Shown here piece after piece: positions 56,541 through 64,000 of a stretch of DNA of 64,000 bases (within the stretch, counting starts at the first letter, position 1; the number at the start of each line of letters is the position of its first letter). The stretch is taken from the NCBI GenBank assembly GCA_022820995.1, contig JAJEEM010000039.1:20203-84202 (forward strand). The letters run 5' to 3'. Origin of the DNA: Gemmatimonadota bacterium (GTDB lineage: Bacteria > Gemmatimonadota > Gemmatimonadetes > Palauibacterales > Palauibacteraceae). The notes below the pieces were generated by a model. The model did not search any database. It saw only the letters and a program-made list of their open reading frames with translations, and was not told where the DNA came from. The position numbers and the translations under genes were made by a program.

Positions 56541-56897
56541 TTGCTCGACCCATATCTCGGCATCCTGATCCTCGCGTTGGTCGGCGTGCTGAACGCGGCC
56601 GCGATGATGGGCGTATCGCACTTCGTCGGCTCCCGCCGGCCGACCGCGGTGAAGGCGAGTCCGTACGAGTCGGGGATCCCCCCTCTCGGGACGACGCGGG
56701 AGCGTTTCTCGGTCAACTTCTACATCGTGGCGATGCTCTTCATCGTCCTCGACATCGAGACGCTCTTCCTCATTCCGTGGGCCGCGATCTTCCGGGAACT
56801 GGGCATGGTCGGGTTCGTGGAGATCACGGCGTTTCTGACCGTGCTCGGCGTCGGACTCGTGTACGCGTGGAAGAAGGGGGCCCTCGAATGGGACTGA
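56541..56897 (+). CDS. nuoA: NADH-quinone oxidoreductase subunit A
   Basis: GAGAGGAG RBS with TTG start; [29 protein letters not shown]. Confidence 0.95.
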   Translation: MLDPYLGILILALVGVLNAAAMMGVSHFVGSRRPTAVKASPYESGIPPLGTTRERFSVNFYIVAMLFIVLDIETLFLIPWAAIFRELGMVGFVEITAFLTVLGVGLVYAWKKGALEWD

Positions 56898-57595
56898 GAA
56901 CGCTCGACGTGCTGCCTCCCGGCGCGCACCCCGGCGAGGGCAGGGTCGACACCGGCATCCCGCACAACTGGATGACGACGAAGCTCGACTACGTCGTCAA
57001 CTGGGCGCGCCGCAACTCGCTGTGGCCCATGCCGTTCGGCACGGCCTGCTGCGCGATCGAGATGATGGCCTCCGCCGCGACCAAGTACGACATCGGCCGC
57101 TTCGGGATGGAGCGCATGTCCTTCAGCCCCAGGCAGGCCGACCTGATGATCGTCGCCGGCCGGGTGACCTACAAGCTGGCCCCGGTCCTGCGCCGGGTCT
57201 GGGATCAGATGCCGCAGCCCAAGTGGTGCGTGTCGATGGGGGCGTGCGCGAGTTCCGGCGGGATGTTCGACAACTACACGATCGTGCAGGGGATCGACAC
57301 GATCGTGCCCGTCGACGTCTACGTCCCGGGCTGTCCGCCCCGGCCGGAAGGCCTCATTTACGGACTCCTCATGATCCAGGAGAAGATCAAGGGCGAGTCG
57401 CTGGCCGACCCCCGGGCGCGGGACGAGGCGCCGGAGGCCGTCGGACGCCCGAATCTGCCCCCGGAGACGATCGAACTCGTCGCCCAGCCCTTCGGCAACT
57501 CGACGAACCAGAACCGCATGAGCGGGCTCGGCCCGACCTCGGCGCTGGCCCGGTCCCGCGACCGGCGCGAACGCCGTCTGGAGCACCGGGATTGA
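56888..57595 (+). CDS. nuoB: NADH-quinone oxidoreductase subunit B
   Basis: [35 protein letters not shown]. Confidence 0.97.
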   Translation: MGLRTLDVLPPGAHPGEGRVDTGIPHNWMTTKLDYVVNWARRNSLWPMPFGTACCAIEMMASAATKYDIGRFGMERMSFSPRQADLMIVAGRVTYKLAPVLRRVWDQMPQPKWCVSMGACASSGGMFDNYTIVQGIDTIVPVDVYVPGCPPRPEGLIYGLLMIQEKIKGESLADPRARDEAPEAVGRPNLPPETIELVAQPFGNSTNQNRMSGLGPTSALARSRDRRERRLEHRD

Positions 57596-57611
57596 CCGGG
57601 GCGCTCCGCCG

Positions 57612-59507
57612 TTGACGACCGCCACGACCGCGACGCCGGCCGCGCCTCCGCGCATGGTGCGGGTCGCGCCCCTCGACGGGGACGCGGCGAGGCATCCATC
57701 GGTCCGCGCCCTCCGCGAGCGCTTCGGAGAGGGCGTGCGGCGCGTGGAGAGCGATGCGCTCGGCTATCCCGTCGTGTGGATCGACCCCGGCATCAACGCC
57801 GAGGCGCTCCGCTTCCTCCGCGAAACCCCCGACCAGGCGTACGACCTGCTCGCCGACCTCATGGGGGCGCACGCGGGCATCGGGGCCCCGATCCAGGTGT
57901 GGTACCAGCTCTGGTCCATGGCGCATGGCCGGCAGCTCCGGGTCGCGTGCGAGGTGCCGATGGAGGACCTCGAGCTGGACAGCGTGACCGACCAGTGGCT
58001 CGCCGCCGACTGGCTCGAACGCGAGGTGTGGGACATGTACGGCGTGAGCTTCCGGGGCCACCCGGACCTGCGCCGCATCCTCATGCCGGAGAACTACGAG
58101 GAGGGATTCCCGCTCCGGAAGGATTTCCCGCTCCGCGGACGCTTCAGCCGCTCGAGGCAGGTGAGCCGCGCGCTCTCCCGCGATCTCGTGGACATGTATG
58201 CCGTCGAGGAGCTGGAGATGGCGGGCTACGCCGTCGCGGAGGACGGAGAGGTGCGGGCTCTGTCGGAGGGCGCGGCGGAACGCGGTGCACCGGGCGGCAT
58301 CCGCGACGTCAGTCCGGAGGAGAAGCCCGAGGACGCGCTCGAGGGCGCACCCATCCTCATCAACATGGGGCCCCAGCACCCGGCCACCCACGGCGTCCTC
58401 CGGCTCGTGCTCCAGCTCGACGGGGAGCGCGTCGTGCGCTGCTCCCCCCACATCGGGTACCTGCATACGGGTTTCGAGAAGACGTGCGAATACCGTGAAT
58501 GGAATCAATGCGTCCCCTACACGGACCGCATGGACTACCTGGCGCCGATGCTCTACAACATCGGCTACGCCGGGGCCGTCGAAGCGCTCCTCGACGTCGA
58601 GATCACCGAGCGCTGCCGCGTCGTCCGCGTCATCCTCGGCGAGTTGAACCGCATCCTCGGCCACCTCCTGTGGCTGGGGACGACGGCGATCGACATCGGC
58701 GCCTTCTCCGTCTTCCTCTACACCTTCCAGGAGCGCGAGCGGATCTACAACCTGCACGAGGCGTATACGGGGGGCCGGATCACGACCTCCGTCACGCGCG
58801 TCGGCGGGATGATGGCGGACCTGCCCGTGGGCTGGACGGCAGCGGCGCGCGACTTCGCGGCGACCTTCCCGGAGACGCTGGACGAGGTCGAGCGGCTCCT
58901 GTCGCGCAACGCGATCTGGCAGGGGCGCACGATGGACATCGGCCTGCTCTCGGCGGACAGGGCGGTGAGCTACGGCGTCACCGGACCCACGCTCCGCGCG
59001 AGCGGCGTGGCCTACGACGTGCGGAAGGCGCGCCCCTACCTCGGCTACGAGGAGTACGACTTCGACGTGCCCGTGGGGACGGCCGGCGATGTCTACGACC
59101 GTTATCTCGTGCGGGTGGAGGAGATGCGGCAGAGCATCCGCATCATCGAACAGGCGCTGGACCGGCTTCCGGGCGGCCCGATCAACATCGACGACTACCG
59201 GATCGTCCTGCCCCCGAAGGGCGAGGCGATGGGGTCGATCGACACGATGATCTCGCACTTCAAGCTCGTGATGGAGGGTGTCCGCGTGCCGGCCGGCGAG
59301 ACGTGGTATTCCATCGAGAGTTCGAAGGGCGAACTGGGGTTCGGGATCATCTCCGACGGTGGCACGAAGCCCGTCCGCTGCCGTTTCCGCGGCCCGTCCT
59401 TCATCAACATCGCGTCGCTTCCCGAACTCGTGAAGGACGAACTCGTGGCGGACGTCGTCGCGATCAACGCTTCGCTCGACGTCGTGCTCGGAGAGATCGA
59501 CCGGTGA
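57612..59507 (+). CDS. nuoCD: NADH-quinone oxidoreductase fused subunit C/D
   Basis: [26 protein letters not shown], then [33 protein letters not shown]. Confidence 0.96.
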   Translation: MTTATTATPAAPPRMVRVAPLDGDAARHPSVRALRERFGEGVRRVESDALGYPVVWIDPGINAEALRFLRETPDQAYDLLADLMGAHAGIGAPIQVWYQLWSMAHGRQLRVACEVPMEDLELDSVTDQWLAADWLEREVWDMYGVSFRGHPDLRRILMPENYEEGFPLRKDFPLRGRFSRSRQVSRALSRDLVDMYAVEELEMAGYAVAEDGEVRALSEGAAERGAPGGIRDVSPEEKPEDALEGAPILINMGPQHPATHGVLRLVLQLDGERVVRCSPHIGYLHTGFEKTCEYREWNQCVPYTDRMDYLAPMLYNIGYAGAVEALLDVEITERCRVVRVILGELNRILGHLLWLGTTAIDIGAFSVFLYTFQERERIYNLHEAYTGGRITTSVTRVGGMMADLPVGWTAAARDFAATFPETLDEVERLLSRNAIWQGRTMDIGLLSADRAVSYGVTGPTLRASGVAYDVRKARPYLGYEEYDFDVPVGTAGDVYDRYLVRVEEMRQSIRIIEQALDRLPGGPINIDDYRIVLPPKGEAMGSIDTMISHFKLVMEGVRVPAGETWYSIESSKGELGFGIISDGGTKPVRCRFRGPSFINIASLPELVKDELVADVVAINASLDVVLGEIDR

Positions 59508-60064
59508 GCCGGCGCATCCATCCCGCGGTCGTCGGCGCGCAGCCCTTCCAGTTGACGGCGCGGGAGAGGTTCGACGGCCCCATCTTCGAGACGGAAGAGG
59601 GGAAACACCGGCTGGAAGCGGCCCTGTCCCGCTATCCGACGAAGCAGGCGGCGCTCCTTCCGATGCTCGGCTTCGTGCAGTCGGTGAAGGGGTGGATCGA
59701 ACCCGCGGACATGGTCGAAGTCGCCGAGGCGCTGGATCTTACGCCCGCCTACGTGCACTCGATCGCGACCTTCTACACCATGTACAACAAGCACCCGGTC
59801 GGACGTCACTTCGTCCAGGTGTGCACGAACATCTCCTGCCACCTGAACCGGGCCGAGGAGGTGCTGCACCGCTTCCTCGCGGAGACGGGGACGCGGGAGG
59901 GCGAGATCTCGGACGACGGCGAGTTCACCGTGATCGAGGCGGAGTGTCTCGGCGCGTGCGGCTTCGCGACGGTCGTGCAGGTCAACGACCGCTACCTCGA
60001 GGATGTGACGCCGGACCGCGTGCCCGGGATCGTGGAGAACCTGCGCGGGGGGCGCGACCCATGA
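59504..60064 (+). CDS. nuoE: NADH-quinone oxidoreductase subunit E
   Basis: TFYTMY, VCTNISC, ECLGAC; GTGA overlap. Confidence 0.95.
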   Translation: MSRRIHPAVVGAQPFQLTARERFDGPIFETEEGKHRLEAALSRYPTKQAALLPMLGFVQSVKGWIEPADMVEVAEALDLTPAYVHSIATFYTMYNKHPVGRHFVQVCTNISCHLNRAEEVLHRFLAETGTREGEISDDGEFTVIEAECLGACGFATVVQVNDRYLEDVTPDRVPGIVENLRGGRDP

Positions 60065-61350
60065 GCTTCCCCCACGGCAGTGATCTCGAGACGACGACGC
60101 GCCTCTCGCGGCACCAGGGCGAGGCCGAAGCGCGCACGCTCGAAGGGTGGCGTGCGCGGGGCGGCTACGAGGCGCTCCGGCGGTCGCTCGAAATGTCGCC
60201 GGCCGAGATCACCGAGGTTGTGAAGGCCTCCGGCCTCCGGGGGCGGGGCGGCGCGGGCTTCCCGACGGGCCTCAAGTGGAGCTTCATGCCGAAGGACGAC
60301 GGCAAGCCGCACTACCTGTGCTGCAACGCGGACGAATCCGAGCCGGGCGCCTTCAAGGACCGGGAAGTCATCCGCTGGACGCCCCACCTCCTCATCGAGG
60401 GCTGCCTGATCGCATCGCGGGCCATCGGGGCGGAACACGCCTACATCTACGTGCGGGGCGAATTCTTCGAGGAGACGCAGGTCCTGAACGCCGCGGTCGT
60501 GGAGGCGTACGACAACGGCCTCGCGGGGGACGGGATCCTGGGCTCGTCGTGGTCGTGCGACGTGACGATCCACGCCGGGGCCGGGGCGTACATCGCCGGC
60601 GAGGAGACCGGCCTCATGAACTCCCTCATGGGCAACCGCGCGGAACCCTGGGCGAAGCCGCCCTTCCCGGCGCAGGCGGGGGCGTTCGGCATGCCGACGA
60701 CGGTGAACAACGTCGAGACGCTCGCCGCGGTCCCCATGATCCTGGAGAACGGCGCGGACTGGTACCGGCAGTGGGGGAGCGAGGAGTCGCCCGGCACGAA
60801 GCTGTGGAGCTGCTCGGGCCACCTCGTCCGCCCCGGCAACTACGAGTTCGCGCTCGGCCTGCCGCTGAGCGACATCATCTTCGACGCCTGCGGCGGCACG
60901 CCCTCGGGCAAACCCGTGAAGGCCGTGATCCCGGGCGGGTCGTCCACGGCGTTCCTGACGGGAGACGAACTCGACTGCGCGACGACGTACGAGGGGTTGG
61001 CGGAGGCGGGAAGCGCCCTCGGCACGGCCTCGCCGATCGTGATGGACGAGGACACGGACATCGTCGCGGCGATGCGCCGGATCGCGCAGTTCTACGCGCA
61101 CGAGTCGTGCGGCCAGTGCGTGCAGTGCCGCGAGGGCACGTCGTGGGTCGTCCGCATCCTGCAGCGAATCGAGGCGGGGGACGGGCGCCCGGCCGACATC
61201 GACACGCTGTACGAGCTGTGCGAGCAGATGACGGGACGCACGATCTGCGTGCTGGCGGACAGCGTCGTGTTCCCGCTCCAGTCCTCGCTCGACAAGTTCC
61301 GCGCCGACTACGAGGCGCGGATGAAGCCGACCCTGGTCGCGGCGGGGTGA
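60061..61350 (+). CDS. nuoF: NADH-quinone oxidoreductase subunit F
   Basis: SGLRGRGGAGFPTG.KW, NADESEPG.FKD, GEET, ESCGQC..C. Confidence 0.96.
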   Translation: MSFPHGSDLETTTRLSRHQGEAEARTLEGWRARGGYEALRRSLEMSPAEITEVVKASGLRGRGGAGFPTGLKWSFMPKDDGKPHYLCCNADESEPGAFKDREVIRWTPHLLIEGCLIASRAIGAEHAYIYVRGEFFEETQVLNAAVVEAYDNGLAGDGILGSSWSCDVTIHAGAGAYIAGEETGLMNSLMGNRAEPWAKPPFPAQAGAFGMPTTVNNVETLAAVPMILENGADWYRQWGSEESPGTKLWSCSGHLVRPGNYEFALGLPLSDIIFDACGGTPSGKPVKAVIPGGSSTAFLTGDELDCATTYEGLAEAGSALGTASPIVMDEDTDIVAAMRRIAQFYAHESCGQCVQCREGTSWVVRILQRIEAGDGRPADIDTLYELCEQMTGRTICVLADSVVFPLQSSLDKFRADYEARMKPTLVAAG

Positions 61351-61375
61351 CGCATGGCGGGTGAGGACGGCCGAG

Positions 61376-63010
61376 ATGGCTGAGAACGGGGCGAAGGCGA
61401 CGGTTACGCTCACGATCGACGGGGTCGAGGTCACGGTCCCCAGCGGCACGCGGGTCATCGAGGCCGCGGAGCACGTGGGCGTCGTCGTCCCGCGCTACTG
61501 CTACCATCCGGGCATCCCCACGCGGCCGGCGCAGTGCCGCATGTGTCTCGTGGAGGTCGAGGGACGCCCCAAGCTCGAGCCCTCGTGCACGCTGCAGGCG
61601 GCGGACGACATGGTCGTGAACACGGCGAGCGACACGGCGCGCACCGCCCGCCAGTCGGTCATCGAGTTCCTCCTCGTGAACCACCCCCTCGACTGCCCGA
61701 TCTGCGACGCCGCGGGGCAGTGCATGCTCCAGGACTATGCCTACGTCACGAACCAGCTCGAGAGCCGGGTCGACGAGCCGAAGCGGATCATGGGGCGCGA
61801 CCGCATCTCCGACGACATCCTCTACTTCGCGGACCGCTGCGTGATCTGCACGCGCTGCGTGCGCTTCATGCGGGACGTCGCCGAGGACGATTCGCTCATC
61901 GTCGCCCAGCGCGGGGACAAGGCCTACATCGACACCTTCCCGGGCCGCGAACTCGACAACCCCTTCCAGGGGAACATCGTCGATGTGTGCCCCGTCGGCG
62001 CCCTCGTCCACGAGGACTTCGTGTTCAAGGCGCGGTCGTGGGACATGGACGCGACGGCGAGCGTGTGTCCGGGGTGTCCCACCGGCTGCAACGTCACGAT
62101 CGACACGAAGGAAAACCAGATCGTGCGCGTGAAGCCGCGGCACAACGCGGCCGTGAACTCCTGGTGGATGTGCGACTACGGCCGCAAGCACCTCGTGATG
62201 ACGAACCGCGGCGTGCGGGCCGAAGTCCCTCTCATCCGCGATGGGGGCGGCGATGGCGACGACGGGGGCGAGCTGAGGCCGGTGGACTGGGCGACGGCGC
62301 TCGACTGGGTGGCGGAGAAGGTCGCCGCGCTCGGCGCGCCCGGCGGGAGCGCGGTCGTCTCCCCGGACGCCTCGAACGAGAACCTGTTCTATCTCCGGAC
62401 GCTCCTCGACCGGCTCGGCGTCGCGGACGCCGCCTTCCGCGTCCCGCAGGGCGAGACCGCCGAACTCCCGACGGTGCCGACGCTCAAGCTCAGGGCGGAT
62501 CGCGCGGCGAACGCGGCCGGCGCCGGGTTCTTCGGCGGCCGCCGCGCGGACGGCCCGCCCGACGGCCCGGCGGGCGGCGCGCTCGTCGTGCTCGATGACG
62601 AACTCGAGGGAGCCGGCGAGGACTTCGGCGGCTCGGCGGACTTCTTCCTCTATCTCGGCACGCGGCTTCCCGGCCCGGCGCGCAACGCGGACGCGGTGCT
62701 GCCGATCGCGACCTTCGCGGAGATGGACGGCACCTTCACGAACTTCGAGAACCGCGTGCAGCGCTTCCACCAGGCGCTGAGGCCGCCGGGCCTGGCCCGC
62801 CCGGGCTGGATGGTGCTGAGTCGCGTGCTCGCCCGCCTGGGAGACGGCGAGGCCGTCAACGACGTGCGCGGCGCGTTCGAGCGGATGGCGGCGCAGGCTC
62901 CGGCCTTCGCGGGCCTCACGTGGGACGGGATCGGGCTCAAGGGCGCCCCGGCCGCCGGCTCGGCCGCGGAAGCCGCCGGCGTCGCCGGTCCCGCGGAGGC
63001 CGGCGCGTGA
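61376..63010 (+). CDS. nuoG: NADH-quinone oxidoreductase subunit G (short form)
   Basis: CYHP, CRMC, NHPLDCPICD, C.ICTRC.RF, CPVGAL, CPGCPTGC. Confidence 0.92.
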   Translation: MAENGAKATVTLTIDGVEVTVPSGTRVIEAAEHVGVVVPRYCYHPGIPTRPAQCRMCLVEVEGRPKLEPSCTLQAADDMVVNTASDTARTARQSVIEFLLVNHPLDCPICDAAGQCMLQDYAYVTNQLESRVDEPKRIMGRDRISDDILYFADRCVICTRCVRFMRDVAEDDSLIVAQRGDKAYIDTFPGRELDNPFQGNIVDVCPVGALVHEDFVFKARSWDMDATASVCPGCPTGCNVTIDTKENQIVRVKPRHNAAVNSWWMCDYGRKHLVMTNRGVRAEVPLIRDGGGDGDDGGELRPVDWATALDWVAEKVAALGAPGGSAVVSPDASNENLFYLRTLLDRLGVADAAFRVPQGETAELPTVPTLKLRADRAANAAGAGFFGGRRADGPPDGPAGGALVVLDDELEGAGEDFGGSADFFLYLGTRLPGPARNADAVLPIATFAEMDGTFTNFENRVQRFHQALRPPGLARPGWMVLSRVLARLGDGEAVNDVRGAFERMAAQAPAFAGLTWDGIGLKGAPAAGSAAEAAGVAGPAEAGA

Positions 63011-64000
63011 ACCCGGTCACCGGCGGCGCCTTCGTCCTCGCCACCGTGGGGAAGGTCATCATCTTCTTCTCGGTGCTGATGCTTGCGGTCATGCTCGCCA
63101 CGATCTTCGAGCGCAAGGTGTGCGGCTTCATGCAGGACCGGAGCGGCCCGAACCGCGTCGGTCCCTGGGGACTCCTCCAGGTCATCGCCGACGGGCTCAA
63201 GAATCTCCTGAAGGAGGAGACGATGCCGGCGCAGGCCGTCCGGCCCTTCTTCCTCCTCGCGCCCGTCCTCGGGATCCTGCCGGCCACGATCCTCTTCGCC
63301 GTCATCCCCTTCGCCTCCCCCCTGCCCACGCAGTGGGGGCTCGTGGAGATGATCGTGGCGGACGTGCCGATCGGGTTCCTCTACGTGCTCGCGATCGGCT
63401 CGATCGGCGTTTACGGCGTCGCGATGGGCGGCTGGGCCTCCGGGTCGAAGTACTCGCTTCTCGGCGGACTCCGAGGCTCCGCGCAGATGGTGAGCTACGA
63501 GGTCGCGCTCGCGCTCAGCCTCGTCCCGCTCATCCTCCTGACCGGGGACGTGCGCGCCCCCGAGATCGTCTCGATGCAGCAGACGTTTACGGCCGGCCCG
63601 GCGACGTACGCGACGTGGTTCATGTTTCCGCTCCTCGTCGGCCTCTTCTTCTTCTTCGTTTCGGGGCTCGCGGAGACGAACCGCCTCCCCTTCGATCTTC
63701 CGGAGGCGGAGGCCGAACTCATCACCGGATACCACACGGAGTATTCGGCGATGAAGTTCTCGATGTTCATGATCGGCGAGTTCGCGCACGTGATCACGGT
63801 CGCCGCGCTCGTCACGGTCTTCTTCCTGGGCGGTTGGGACATCCCGTTCTGGCAGGGAGACAACATCCGCGTGCTCGCCGACGGGACGGTGATCGGAGAG
63901 CCGACGTGGTGGAAGACGCTGCTCACGCTCGGCGCCTTCGGTGTGAAGACGTCGCTGCTCGTGCTCGTCTTCGTCTGGATTCGGTGGACGCTGCCGCGCT
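63007..64000 (+). CDS. nuoH: NADH-quinone oxidoreductase subunit H, runs off the window end
   Basis: GTGA overlap; ERKV..MQDR.GPNRVG, ADGLK...KEE, QMVSYE, ETNRLPFDLPEAE.EL..GY.TEYS. Confidence 0.96.
   Translation, partial: MNPVTGGAFVLATVGKVIIFFSVLMLAVMLATIFERKVCGFMQDRSGPNRVGPWGLLQVIADGLKNLLKEETMPAQAVRPFFLLAPVLGILPATILFAVIPFASPLPTQWGLVEMIVADVPIGFLYVLAIGSIGVYGVAMGGWASGSKYSLLGGLRGSAQMVSYEVALALSLVPLILLTGDVRAPEIVSMQQTFTAGPATYATWFMFPLLVGLFFFFVSGLAETNRLPFDLPEAEAELITGYHTEYSAMKFSMFMIGEFAHVITVAALVTVFFLGGWDIPFWQGDNIRVLADGTVIGEPTWWKTLLTLGAFGVKTSLLVLVFVWIRWTLPR

Overview
High-GC (about 70%) bacterial chromosomal window, most likely Gemmatimonadota (inferred from the form of RpoZ, the gene families and the gene order; not searched). 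About two thirds is core genome: a long translationally coupled run pepA-OMP-yicC-gmk-rpoZ-coaBC-udg-dnaB-ispD-tsaC-LMW phosphatase-aroE-comF-gap-pgk-tpiA-secG, then rnhA, carA, sppA, HU/IHF, an aminotransferase, a Moco cluster (moaD, moaE, moaA), dcd and the start of the nuo operon (A, B, CD, E, F, G, partial H). The first 30 kb is more accessory: exported amide/peptide hydrolases, tRNA-Leu(CAA), a BNR/VPS10 propeller protein, a four-gene RND system with two permeases, DmpA, ETF-QO and PlsC. I saw no transposase, integrase, CRISPR array or rRNA. Best leads: (1) a lower-GC module at 10.3-12.5 kb with a 146-bp hairpin element, a 583-aa hypothetical ending in a possible RelE/YoeB-like domain (candidate single-gene defence effector) and a small membrane protein; (2) a rod-shaped 6S-like RNA candidate at 566-724; (3) a 40-aa acidic Cys/Met peptide gene inside the Moco cluster, followed by a Moco-riboswitch-like moaA leader; (4) a Rex-like box at the nuo promoter; (5) unannotated small or leaderless ORFs, coupling minigenes and a probable CTG start; (6) active-site or Fe-S ligand variants in RNase H, ETF-QO, UDG and NuoF. 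Family assignments come from motif recognition by eye, and many starts were refined from the ORF track using RBS and stop/start overlaps.
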